Part shown: one piece after another, positions 11,898 to 22,405 of the stretch
Layout of the letters: each line of letters starts with the position of its first letter
Position numbering within the stretch: the first letter of the stretch is position 1
Source of the DNA: Oopsacas minuta
Taxonomy: Eukaryota; Animalia; Porifera
Assembly (NCBI GenBank): GCA_024704765.1
Contig: JAKMXF010000210.1
Coordinates: 592,121 to 656,120 of the forward strand
Direction: 5' to 3'
Length of the DNA: 64,000 bases
Made by a program: the position numbers and the translations under genes
The notes under the pieces: model-generated
What the model saw: the letters and a program-made list of their open reading frames with translations, nothing else
The model's database searches: none
What the model was told of the DNA's origin: nothing

Positions 11898-12517
11898 TAA
11901 GTAAGTTAATTTATCCACCTTGCATGACTAATCATTGTTTGTTCTAACAAGTGTATTTTCTCTCTCTTCCACCGTCTATTGCTTTTGTTTTTATGCATTT
12001 TGATGAGGAATCCCACTTCAACATGTGCTCATAGATGCATATATTCATTGGAAGCATGTACATTATATAATTGCCTACTTGACTTAACCTGGTTAATGAC
12101 CTCAAAATTCTTTGATACATGTCTAATGCGTTCGTAAATATTCTAATTTTTTGTTGTTGGAATTTATTCTTATTAAAATATTTACATTTGTAGCTGACGT
12201 ATAAATTATTTTAATAAGTTTACCTATTATTTGCTGCACTTGGCTAATTGTACGCACTTATTTCTATTAATTTTTGGTTATTCTAAAACTTATGGCTTTA
12301 CAATTTGTACAGTGGGTGGCTAATTACATTTACACTGATTTCTGAATCCGAAAAATTCTATGTTAGCTAGAAATTCCTGAATAAAAACTGACCATATGCC
12401 AAACTACTTATCAAATTTAATTATGAGTCGCGATTTAATACGAATCCGTTCGTCTGAATCATCTTGTGAATAATTCCCATTTCTCTACATCTCTGGCTAT
12501 GTTTATACTATTGTATT

Positions 12518-14116
12518 ATGTGTAGGAGGGATAACAAATTGATGGGTGGGAGTAGAGCTCAATATCATGGACACTTATCCCCTCTACCAATGGATACTGA
12601 AGAGGATTACAGAAAGATCCAAACAGCTCTACCTTCTTCAGTTCTATTGACTAATGATAAGTCACATCCTCCAATCTATAATGAGATATCTGTGGGTACA
12701 GCTATACAACATAGTTCTCCTCCTAGCTTTATTCCTGCTACCTCCCCCATGATTATCCCTAAAGTAGAAGCTGCTTCTTCCCCAAATGATCCAATTTCTA
12801 TTCTTGTGCATACGCCCATTTCATCATCTCCTGGCACCTCATCAAGCTCTGCTTCTTACCAAGTTCCGATCATCTTAAACAACTTTTCAGGTTCTGATCA
12901 GCCTAATAACGTTCTCACGCTTTTACAACCACCTCAGAATGTAGCTACAACGAATCCTACTCAGCAGCAGACTCAGATTCTATTGGATGTAGGTTCTAAC
13001 TCTCTGTCTCAGCTACAGCATATTGGTGCTAAGAGTTTGAATGGAGTTATTCCTATACAACTTAATCTGTCTACTAGAGAACAACAGCAGCAACAACAGC
13101 AACAACAGCAACAACAGCAACAGCAGCAGCAGCAGCAGCAGCAGCAACAGCAACAACAACAACAACAGCATAAACTAGTAAACACAAGTATACCTATAAC
13201 TCAACCTCAATCTCAACCGATTATCATAAATTCTCTCGGTAATGACATAAACACTGCAGTTGGTTACGTTTCTACCAAAATCGTATCTCCAGCCACACAT
13301 TCTTCAAACCTTATTCAAAATAATCCATCTTTAGCTTTCCATGTTCAGCACCCTACCAACACACAAGCTATTACAAAACCTCTTTTGATCCAAAAGGAAG
13401 TTTCACAAACAAACAAAGATAACAACAGACGTCCAATCCTAAGTTATTCTCAGGTACCTCCCACTATATCACAAGCTCCTAAGACCGTATTAACTTCTAA
13501 TGGTATTTGTCAGGTAGAGAATCTGCAAATAGCTGGTAACGCTGCCTGGGTGAAGGATACTCCTGGAGATATCCATGCTATTCCTATTATAAATACTACA
13601 ATCAGTCCTCACTTCAGTTTCGATCCTGCTTTTGAGTTAGGACAGCGTAGAAGGAAGAAGAGAGCTGTTTTCGCTCCTCAGGTCAGAAGGACGTTAGAAA
13701 ATTCATTCGAACAAAACACTCGGCCATCTCGTCGCGAGTTGGAGTTTCTAGCAGGAAAACTTGGGCTCCTATTCGAGGAGGTACGTGTTTGGTTCTGCAA
13801 CAAGCGGCAGAAAGAGAGACAGCAAATGCAGCAGCTAGTCAATGATCAGCCGCAAGGAGATACATGTGGAGATTCTTATAATGTATATGCTGATGGATCT
13901 CCTCCAATTCCTGGAACCCTACAATCTGATGACTCCCTCCATGAACAAGATTTTCATGTGAAGGAGGAATTCGATTCGGACAATAATATATCACTACCCC
14001 CTGGTGTATCAGATTCAAGCCAATTAGCACCAACAGAACTTTTATCAGAATCAAGAGATTCTGAATTCAAACACTCATTTGAACCTCGCTTCACCTCAGT
14101 AGAACAAAGCTCATAA
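12518..14116 (+). CDS. POU-class-like homeodomain transcription factor with a long polyglutamine tract
   Basis: The C-terminal homeodomain (RRRKKRAVFAPQVRRTLENSFEQNTRPSRRELEFLAGKLGLLFEEVRVWFCNKRQKERQ) is a close match to the POU homeodomain signature (RRRKKR…VWFCNRRQKE). It has a Q-rich N-terminus. No POU-specific domain is visible inside this ORF, so the true 5' end or start is uncertain. Confidence 0.7.
   Translation: MCRRDNKLMGGSRAQYHGHLSPLPMDTEEDYRKIQTALPSSVLLTNDKSHPPIYNEISVGTAIQHSSPPSFIPATSPMIIPKVEAASSPNDPISILVHTPISSSPGTSSSSASYQVPIILNNFSGSDQPNNVLTLLQPPQNVATTNPTQQQTQILLDVGSNSLSQLQHIGAKSLNGVIPIQLNLSTREQQQQQQQQQQQQQQQQQQQQQQQQQQQQQHKLVNTSIPITQPQSQPIIINSLGNDINTAVGYVSTKIVSPATHSSNLIQNNPSLAFHVQHPTNTQAITKPLLIQKEVSQTNKDNNRRPILSYSQVPPTISQAPKTVLTSNGICQVENLQIAGNAAWVKDTPGDIHAIPIINTTISPHFSFDPAFELGQRRRKKRAVFAPQVRRTLENSFEQNTRPSRRELEFLAGKLGLLFEEVRVWFCNKRQKERQQMQQLVNDQPQGDTCGDSYNVYADGSPPIPGTLQSDDSLHEQDFHVKEEFDSDNNISLPPGVSDSSQLAPTELLSESRDSEFKHSFEPRFTSVEQSS
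13081..13170 (+). repeat. (CAA/CAG)n trinucleotide repeat encoding about 40 glutamines
   Basis: An uninterrupted caacag/cagcag run inside the homeobox CDS. Confidence 0.95.
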
Positions 14117-14536
14117 TACTAATGATATTTTTATCTTTTTGATTTGATTGTTATCCAGTCAATTCTCTAAGTAAGCTGCTCGAGTCATATATATTTTATA
14201 TGCTATTACAATATTTCAATATTGCTTGATAATTTGTGTCCCGTCTGGCTAATATGCTCTTTGTGAACTTGTTTAGATAGTTTAACTCATAGATTACCAT
14301 TTGCATTAATGCTGAATGGTTACAAACGCAAAGACTTCTCAGAATGACAATTTATGTAAATATGTCCACAATTTATAATAAAGCAATACACGTAGTTAGA
14401 AATATTTGTAGACAAGTTGACATTTATAACTGATAATATTACATAAAGCGAATACTTAAATAATCTCCCAGCTAATTTTTATCTATTGTTTAGCTGTATA
14501 ATTTATGACCGAATTAGTTGAAATATTGGAAGATAC

Positions 14537-17356
14537 ATGGCTCGATTAAGTATTAATAAGAAAACGAGTTCTATATTTTATATGGATGGACAGGGACAGG
14601 ACCTGCCTTCTCCATTCGATATACCAGGAAATAGTTGCAATATCAGAGAAGCTCTAACTTCTCCAGTCTCTCCAACTAATTCTTCTCCATCTCCTTGCGT
14701 AGAACAGAGTTGGGAGATTTTACACAGGAATCGTAATAGATCACTAGATATTGACATGATACCGAATTTCAATAACATGTCACTGATGGAAATAGAGTCT
14801 GGTAGATCAGAAATTTCTATTGCAGCTAAACGTATGTCTTCTGTTGTTACCAACAGGGTTGAGAAGCCTCTGTGTGGGCACTTACTCAAGATGGGGAATA
14901 ACGGGTGGATAAAGATTCGAAAAGATCGATGGTTCAAATATATCCCTGAAACGGGTAGACTTAGTTATTTCAGAAGTTCAACTGACTATATACCTCTAGG
15001 CTCCATACCAATATCAGAAGCTACTTTCACTTATAATGTTGATCAAATTGAAAAGTGTCAGTTTCAAATCAACACTGCGAATAGGACTTATGACTTGCAA
15101 GCTAAGAGTGAGCAGGAAATGATGGGATGGCTTAGAGAACTTCAGGGAAAGCGGAAAGAATTTATATCACTGGAGAACAACATGCTAACTGAATCGGTTA
15201 AATCTACGATGGAAGATCTAGAGTCTCAGAAAAAAGAACTGAGTTTGATTGAGGCTGACAAAGGATTTAAACGAAACCGTGGTCATTCCCACTCTTCTCA
15301 CGACTTCTCACACACTCAAACATATCATGATAACTTCTCAGGATTATCAAGTATGCTCAAACCTCATGTGACAAAATCTTCTACGATATTTAGAAATAAT
15401 AGCAACAATTTTCCTAATTCAGGTTCTAAAAAGGATGGATCATCTCCATGGCCATGCGACAAGTGTCAAGATTACCAAAAGCAAATAAATGGGCTCAAGG
15501 GTCAGAATGACCTCTTGACCCAACAGCTGGAGGACAAGTGCCAAGTTATAAAAACATTACAGAGTGCAATGAGGAGTCTAGACATACAATATAGATCTAT
15601 TTCTGCGGCTATTGAATCATCTCCTAATGCTAAGAAGAAACTATCAAATGTATCTGAAATAGGTACACAAGATTTTTCCTCAATTCTACAGGATTTGAAT
15701 GAAGAAATTGAAATATTGAAGGAAGAGAAATCTGCATGCGAGAAGGAGAATCAAGACTTACAAGACCAACTACAAACTTTGGAAGAAATAATGCAGGCTA
15801 AGGAAAATGTTATACTCTCTCTTACTAAAGAGATATACTCTCTAGAACACACAGATAAGCCACCACCTGTAGACGCAGTGCTACTCAACCACGAGCCTAC
15901 TCTTCAAGAACGTCTCTATGAATCTAAACAACAAATAAATGCATACAAAACAAATACTGAGTTTATGAAGAAAGAAGTTGATGACATACTATCTTTACAC
16001 AAACAAAAAGAAGAGAACCTCAATCTCTTAAGAGACCAGTTCTCTAACCTTGAGGCAGAACATGATAAGCTTAAAGGCAAATATCTTATTTTGTTAAAAG
16101 AACTGAACAAACCAACTGCTTGCAACTTTCTAGACTCAGAACTGTTGAATAATATGCTGAAAGAAGCATTAAATGAAACTCGTACAAGAGCATCTACTAT
16201 CTCGATCACTGACCATCTAAACTTCCAAGAATATGATCCTTATGGTTTCGCTTATTTTGACTTGGAGATGAGTGCTGAACAGAAAGAAGTGCTTATTAAA
16301 GCTTACTTGAAAACTCTTCATGATAATAAAGTGGAGGAGTCCCAGCACAATGAAAAATGGAACGCATACGTACACAGGACTGGACGTAGAGAGAACTTCC
16401 CACAAACCAAAGAACTAAAGGATTTAATTCGATTTGGAATTCCACAGACATTCCGTAAAGAAGTATGGAAGAGTATGATTAAGAAACATATAGCCAAAAC
16501 TCATATAGACTTAGATGAGAGCTATTATAAGAACTTGCTAGAGCTCTCTCAAGGACAGACTGCTGCTATTAAACAGGTACAATTGGATCTGTTACGTACT
16601 CTACCTAATAACAAACACTTCAGGAGAGAGGATTCAGACGGAATCAAGAAGCTGAATAGAGTTCTGCTAGCTTTCTCATACCATAATCCACGTATTGGAT
16701 ATTGCCAGGGGATAAATAGAATAGCTGCCATATTGTTACTACTGTTAGATGAGTTTGATGCGTTTTTAGGGATGGTAGCAATTATTGACGTCATAATGCC
16801 TCAGGATTATTACACTGACAAATTACTGGACTCACAAGCTGATCAGAGAGTATTCAATGATTTCTTGTCAGAGAAAATACCCCGTCTCGCTTCTTACTTG
16901 CAGAAAGAGAGCTTGGATATTTCTCTAATTACATTCAATTGGTTCTTTACAGTATTTGTTGATGGATTTCCTCCTGATTTAATGTTCAGGATATGGGACT
17001 GCTTCCTGTCAGAAGGTTGTAAGATCTTGTTTCGATACTCACTAGCCTTCTTCAAAATGCACGAAGAGAAACTATTGCTATTCCCTGCTAGCGCCTATTT
17101 CAAACTAGTGAAGGAGCTAAGTGAGTCCACATTCGACTCTAGAAGGCTGTGTCACATAGCATTCTACGAGCTGAACCCGCTAGCTACCAGAGATGTAAAT
17201 AGAAAGAGACAAATGCACCAGGCTGACGTAAAGCAGGAGATAAAGGAAATGGACGCTAGACGTGAGAGTGCTCTACGTGCTTATAAAGAGAGAGAAACTA
17301 CTGTTGTAAGGATGTCTGAGCTGGAGAATAATGAGGAAGTTTATAACAGTGACTAA
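14537..17356 (+). CDS. TBC1D2: TBC1 domain family member 2-like Rab GTPase-activating protein (PH, coiled coil, TBC)
   Basis: Single 939-aa exon. N-terminal PH domain (…GWIKIRKDRWFKY…WLRELQ). Long coiled coil. C-terminal TBC/RabGAP motifs (RFGIPQTFRKEVW, IKQVQLDLLRTLPNNKHF, YCQGINRIAAILLL). Confidence 0.85.
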   Translation: MARLSINKKTSSIFYMDGQGQDLPSPFDIPGNSCNIREALTSPVSPTNSSPSPCVEQSWEILHRNRNRSLDIDMIPNFNNMSLMEIESGRSEISIAAKRMSSVVTNRVEKPLCGHLLKMGNNGWIKIRKDRWFKYIPETGRLSYFRSSTDYIPLGSIPISEATFTYNVDQIEKCQFQINTANRTYDLQAKSEQEMMGWLRELQGKRKEFISLENNMLTESVKSTMEDLESQKKELSLIEADKGFKRNRGHSHSSHDFSHTQTYHDNFSGLSSMLKPHVTKSSTIFRNNSNNFPNSGSKKDGSSPWPCDKCQDYQKQINGLKGQNDLLTQQLEDKCQVIKTLQSAMRSLDIQYRSISAAIESSPNAKKKLSNVSEIGTQDFSSILQDLNEEIEILKEEKSACEKENQDLQDQLQTLEEIMQAKENVILSLTKEIYSLEHTDKPPPVDAVLLNHEPTLQERLYESKQQINAYKTNTEFMKKEVDDILSLHKQKEENLNLLRDQFSNLEAEHDKLKGKYLILLKELNKPTACNFLDSELLNNMLKEALNETRTRASTISITDHLNFQEYDPYGFAYFDLEMSAEQKEVLIKAYLKTLHDNKVEESQHNEKWNAYVHRTGRRENFPQTKELKDLIRFGIPQTFRKEVWKSMIKKHIAKTHIDLDESYYKNLLELSQGQTAAIKQVQLDLLRTLPNNKHFRREDSDGIKKLNRVLLAFSYHNPRIGYCQGINRIAAILLLLLDEFDAFLGMVAIIDVIMPQDYYTDKLLDSQADQRVFNDFLSEKIPRLASYLQKESLDISLITFNWFFTVFVDGFPPDLMFRIWDCFLSEGCKILFRYSLAFFKMHEEKLLLFPASAYFKLVKELSESTFDSRRLCHIAFYELNPLATRDVNRKRQMHQADVKQEIKEMDARRESALRAYKERETTVVRMSELENNEEVYNSD

Positions 17357-17612
17357 CTACACATGGTTGTATTTTATTTACAAGGATTTTAATGTGTTTA
17401 TTTGTATATTTTGTTTATTGGAAATTCTTCTTACCTAACCTCGTTTTTGCGATAATTTTATTTTTCTCTGCACATTTTGTATTTACATCCCTTTAGTATA
17501 TAATTATCTCTATTAGTTCTGGCGCTCACGGTACTGGTTATTTTTGGAAATTTGTGTTAATTTTAACAGTTTTTTATACTCTTACTGTATTTCTAATTAC
17601 TAGAGGGAGGTA

Positions 17613-19271
17613 ATGACTGATGGGGATGCCAATCTAGCAGGTGATGGTCTGAATATAGAGTTGTCTGTTTGGCTACAACATCTGAGTATGGAGAATACAT
17701 CAAATAAGGAAGCTACCAAACAGTTAGTTGATCTGTTCGGTCGATTCAATATTCCAGCAGAATTTGTAAATCTCCTTATAATAACAGCTAGTAACGGGTC
17801 TTTACACGAATATCTGAGGAATCTATCTAGTCTCATTGAACGAACTCTCAAACATGCTCACGTCACTCAGAGGTCAGGACAGGATGTGTTACCGCCTATC
17901 CCTCTGGAGGAGGGGGAGAGGAACGAATTGGAGGAGCTGATATCTCCTCAGACTACAGATACACTCTTCAATACAGAATCCAATAACTTATTTGAACACA
18001 CACGTACTCAGTTAGTGCTAACTAATAATCTCATTATTCTATTGATTGTACATATATCTAATATTATATTTGCTAGGGTTAATGAAGCCCTAAGAGAACT
18101 AATGGTTATAACCACTCATGACGATAATCTAGAGAGACAGTATAAAGAAATGTGTGCACAATGCTCTAAACTATTCTCTGATCTAGACAGAGCTAAGCGA
18201 GAAGTGTTCAAGCTACGAGGCAAGATATCAATCGTAGAAATGACTCCAGAGAGAATGAGAATTGAAATGAACAAACAGAAAGAGAGAGATATGAAGAAAG
18301 CACAACAAGTAGATAGAGATTTGCATGAGAGCAGGACTGATGAGTTAGCTCAAGTATTGAATGAGAGGCCTATACGTAAGAATGCTCCTCGCCTCCCAAT
18401 ACCAGCACCTATACCTGTGACACGTATTCCTAAGAAGAGAGCTAGACACACAGACATCCCTCCACCAGTAGAAGGGTGTCAATGCTCTGTATGTAAAACA
18501 GTACAGGGTCTAGGATCCAGTATGATTGTACCAGTAGGTATAGAGTCCATACAATCAGGACAACAGATATTATTAGGAGATAGGGTTATAGTTAAGGGAC
18601 AGAGACCTGGTACTGTTAGGTATCTGGGTAAGCTAGAGGATCACAAGAATGATCTCGGTAATGAAGTGTTTGCAGGAGTTCAGTTAGATTATCCAGTAGG
18701 TGTACATAATGGTACATTCAATGGAAAGAGATACTTCTCTTGTCCAGCTAAACACGGTGTATTTCTACCTCTGAGAGACGTTATATGTGTGAGTAATCGA
18801 GCTGTTGTACCTCTCTCCACTTCTCTAGCTCTTAAGCGGGCTAAGAAGAGACAGGAAGCAGAGGAGAAGGCTAAGAAACAGCTGATAGAGCAAGAACGTG
18901 CTTATCAATCAGGAATAAAATATCTTAATGAAATTGAACAGAAGAGATACTCAATGGACAATATCAATGTGTTATCTCTTGAGACACCGCTCACCAGTTA
19001 TAAGAAGCTGGAGAAGAAAATCTCTCTAGATTCAGGTAAACTGATACAATCTACTGATTTCTCTAAGACTACACCTGATAAAGAAAAATTAGAGATGAGG
19101 AATAGGATGGATAATTTGCTCCTTAAGAGTAGGAGTATTTATGATGAAAAACATCCTTCTCATGTGATTTCTAGCCGAGAAATGCAACCCGAATCACTAT
19201 CCAGATACGGACGGCCTGATGGGACAGGAGGACAAGGGAGGAGAGAGGTAACAATCTCAGTTACTAATTGA
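17613..19271 (+). CDS. CAP-Gly domain-containing coiled-coil protein
   Basis: Single exon, 552 aa. Clear CAP-Gly domain (GDRVIVKGQRPGTVRYLGKLE…GVQLDYPVGVHNGTFNGKRYFSCPAKHGVFLPL) with flanking coiled-coil and basic regions. Confidence 0.75.
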   Translation: MTDGDANLAGDGLNIELSVWLQHLSMENTSNKEATKQLVDLFGRFNIPAEFVNLLIITASNGSLHEYLRNLSSLIERTLKHAHVTQRSGQDVLPPIPLEEGERNELEELISPQTTDTLFNTESNNLFEHTRTQLVLTNNLIILLIVHISNIIFARVNEALRELMVITTHDDNLERQYKEMCAQCSKLFSDLDRAKREVFKLRGKISIVEMTPERMRIEMNKQKERDMKKAQQVDRDLHESRTDELAQVLNERPIRKNAPRLPIPAPIPVTRIPKKRARHTDIPPPVEGCQCSVCKTVQGLGSSMIVPVGIESIQSGQQILLGDRVIVKGQRPGTVRYLGKLEDHKNDLGNEVFAGVQLDYPVGVHNGTFNGKRYFSCPAKHGVFLPLRDVICVSNRAVVPLSTSLALKRAKKRQEAEEKAKKQLIEQERAYQSGIKYLNEIEQKRYSMDNINVLSLETPLTSYKKLEKKISLDSGKLIQSTDFSKTTPDKEKLEMRNRMDNLLLKSRSIYDEKHPSHVISSREMQPESLSRYGRPDGTGGQGRREVTISVTN

Positions 19272-19428
19272 AATATAACCCTATTTATTATAGAATATGT
19301 CACTTTTTATATTTCTACTACGAATATTATTCTTTTTGTATTTTCTATTTGTATCTCTTAAGTTATTATAACTTCCCGTATTTCCCTGCTTACATCTGTA
19401 CATATAATATAATACTATTTCTCAGTGT

Positions 19429-19749
19429 ATGGCTGCTGTAGTAGAGCTTCTTAGTTTGGATGTAACCATCGAGTTTAACGGGGGTGCAGAATTGCTGTTT
19501 GGGAAGAAGAGAAGGCACCAGATCTCTCTCCCTCAGACTGGAAATAGTTGGACAATTCAGAGACTTCTCTTCTGGCTGCGTGACAATATACTGACGTCAC
19601 GACCTGATTTGTTTATTCAGAATGATACAGTGAGACCAGGGATACTGGTGCTTGTTAATAATACAGACTGGGAGCTGTTGGATGGTCTTAACTACCAGCT
19701 GCAACAGAATGACGTCATAGTATTCATATCTACATTACATGGCGGTTAA
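19429..19749 (+). CDS. URM1: Ubiquitin-related modifier 1
   Basis: 106 aa, single exon. Near-full-length match to URM1 (…GGAELLF…[49 protein letters not shown], ending in a C-terminal GG). Confidence 0.92.
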   Translation: MAAVVELLSLDVTIEFNGGAELLFGKKRRHQISLPQTGNSWTIQRLLFWLRDNILTSRPDLFIQNDTVRPGILVLVNNTDWELLDGLNYQLQQNDVIVFISTLHGG

Positions 19750-19867
19750 CATAATTACAGTAGTATTTTGTGATATACATATATTTGTAACAACTGAGAC
19801 AAGCAATATTTATACTTTGTACTTACGCCTCATATAGTATTATAACCGTTTACCTGTCAGTAGCCAG

Positions 19868-21175
19868 ATGTCATTTTTCGATCTCTCTGTGACTGGTACA
19901 GCTCCGAAATGGGCGGCACGACAGCCAGTGATTGTATCTCGCCCCCCTATCAAACCCCCTTCATTTTCAGTTCATCCAAGTAAAGCTCCTTTCTACAACC
20001 GCAATCTTACTCAGGGGTACCATCCTCCCAAACATGTCCCTGGTACCACACAGCAACTCATGAACTACACCAATCAGCTGATGGGAGCAGCTAAGGAGTA
20101 CTCATCTCAGAATAAGAATAAAACTGTACACATCGATAAGGAAATAAACATTAAGCCTGATCCTCTATCTATTAATAAGCAAGATGTAAATACAAACAAA
20201 CAAGATATTCCCACTAAGCAGAAGAAACCATTAGCTTCTTCTAAAGTAAAACCTTATAGAGCTACGAGGAGTAGACGAGCTCCTCAAGGAGTACCAAAGC
20301 TGAATCTATCTCAGCTGTGTGAGCCTGATGAAGAGATGATGCCAATACAGCTAATTCCATCTCGTAAGAACTCTGAGAGTGAGACTGTACGCAGCTGGGG
20401 GTCACCAGAAACTCTAAGAAAGGATAAAGAGACTCAAGATAATGGTTCCGTACAGAAAACTCAAGAACAGGTCAAGGATAAATCAAAAGATAAACCTATA
20501 GTCCCTCTTCTAGACCTTGCTATGCTTAGCAGTACTAGGAAATACAGTCATGATACTCTAACAGACATAGAGAGTATTCCTTCTAAGCCTGCTACACTCT
20601 CCAAACCTAATCTTAGTAATAACGAATATGTGAATGCTACTAAACCTAAGCTGACTACAGCATGGGGAGAGACTAATGCTCATGGACTTATCATGCATGA
20701 GAATAGGAAGTTATACAGATTTACAGAAGAGGTGCTAGACCAAGAGATGGGGAAGCAGTCTGTTAGCGCTGGTACTCGTAGTGACTCATATCTCTCTTTC
20801 CAGAACTCTATCCCAACAACTCGTGTATCTAGTGGGTCACGTGTACAACCTAGTGACCTCAGTAAAAGACTCAGGTTTGGAGCTAGGATCCTGTCTCGTA
20901 GAGGGAGAGATTCAGCTAGAGAGTTGTGTGGATTCTATTTTGTAGGAGATAACACTATGACTATATACGAGTTCAGACAATTCGGACAGAGGTCTTCTGC
21001 ATTGCCTTTCCTACAGAGGAGACCTTATAGACATCTGATTGGTGAATTGAGAGATGATCAGGTACTGGTAGGAGACATATTTTCTGGACTCACTCTATGC
21101 TTCTCTACTGCTAACCAACCCTCCCTCCCTGATCCTCTGAAGAGGTACACTCGTCTCTATCTGAGGATTACACAG
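19868..21175 (+). CDS. EF-hand domain-containing ciliary protein (EFHC/Rib72-like, DM10 domain), exon 1
   Basis: ATG at 19868. DM10-like segment (FYFVGDNTMTIYEFRQFGQRSSALPFLQRRPY). The exon ends at CAG|gtttgt. Confidence 0.65.
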
Positions 21176-21226
21176 GTTTGTAACTACTATACTAACTAAC
21201 TAGCTAACTAATTGATTAATTATTAG

Positions 21227-21889
21227 GTAGACGAGAAGTCAAAAGAAGAGCTGAAACAATATCTTAACGGAGAAGAGGTTCTATACAGAAGATCTCTGTT
21301 ACGAACAACTTACGATATTACAAACTCAATTCAGAATTCTATCTGGTCTGTACTCTCTAAGAGGTCTCCTAAATCTCTCATTAACTTCGGACGGTATCTC
21401 CTCACAATAGACACGACTAGCTCGGGTTATCTATCCAAAGGTCAGCTGTTACTCGCATTGAAGACATTCCATCTCTCTCTGACTCCAGACCAATTCCAAT
21501 CCATATGGGACCTGTCCTCTGGCATGGAAACAGGAGGGCGTGTCAGTCACGAGCAGTTTAGAAGACTACTACTCGGAGGACTCCCAGATGAAAGGAGAGT
21601 AGCTATGAGAGTAGTACTCGTTAAGCTAGATGCTAACAAGACAGGAGAAATACAGTTGTGGCAGATGAAGAAGTTTTTCTGTACAAGAAGACACCCAGAT
21701 GTGTTAGAAGGTAAACTAACAGAAGAACAATGCTATTCAGATTTCTTCTCAGCTTTCTATAACGATAAATACAAATCTCCTGATATTCTATCGTATGCTG
21801 AATTAGAAGATTATTACGAATTCGTAAGTCACACAGTAGAAGATGATACAAGATTCAAATCTATCCTCAAGAACTGTTGGGGCATCTGA
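21227..21889 (+). CDS. EFHC/Rib72-like protein, exon 2 (EF-hand region)
   Basis: Acceptor tattag|GTA after a 51-nt intron (21176-21226) that carries in-frame stop codons. The frame is continuous with exon 1. EF-hand-like loop (KLDANKTGEIQLWQM). The joined product is about 657 aa. Confidence 0.65.
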   Translation, partial: VDEKSKEELKQYLNGEEVLYRRSLLRTTYDITNSIQNSIWSVLSKRSPKSLINFGRYLLTIDTTSSGYLSKGQLLLALKTFHLSLTPDQFQSIWDLSSGMETGGRVSHEQFRRLLLGGLPDERRVAMRVVLVKLDANKTGEIQLWQMKKFFCTRRHPDVLEGKLTEEQCYSDFFSAFYNDKYKSPDILSYAELEDYYEFVSHTVEDDTRFKSILKNCWGI

Positions 21890-22405
21890 GCTACTATAAA
21901 TCAACCAACTCACTCGTTTATAATAATTGCCCCAGAAATTAATGGGGTTATTCGAGATTTTTACCTGCGGCCATATATAATAACTGTTTTACTGTTATTT
22001 CTCTTGTACTCTTGTAATGTATACCATTTGTACACTTTTATACTATATTAATCATAGAGATATTATTGAAACATTGTTGCAATTTACCTGAATTAAATGA
22101 GGTCACTGGTTTGTTTTTGGGGATGATGTTTGTATTTCTTAATATAATTAGATGCATAAATCAAACAATACCCTCCTACACAATTATGATATTCACGTGT
22201 AAAGTGATAGCGCATGATATTGATTTAATTGCATTACACCCTTTCTCAAGCTTCTCGTTGTCTTGTGAAACTTTTGTTCATTTTATCCTGCAATTGAAAC
22301 AGTCATATGAATAGTTGCAACGATATATAAATAAGCAATCGACTAGACATATACAGTCATTGAATTTAGTAAATTATATTCAAAACCTGGTACAGTTTTG
22401 TAAAA

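Noticed and set aside
6946-12517. tRNA, rRNA or snRNA genes in the desert
   Set aside because: I scanned for tRNA T-arm consensus (GGTTCGAATCC-like) and A/B boxes and found nothing convincing by eye. tRNAscan or Infernal would be needed to make any call.
13081-13170. CAA/CAG repeat as a possible CRISPR or minisatellite element
   Set aside because: It is a simple in-frame trinucleotide run encoding polyglutamine within a CDS. It has no spacers and no direct-repeat structure.
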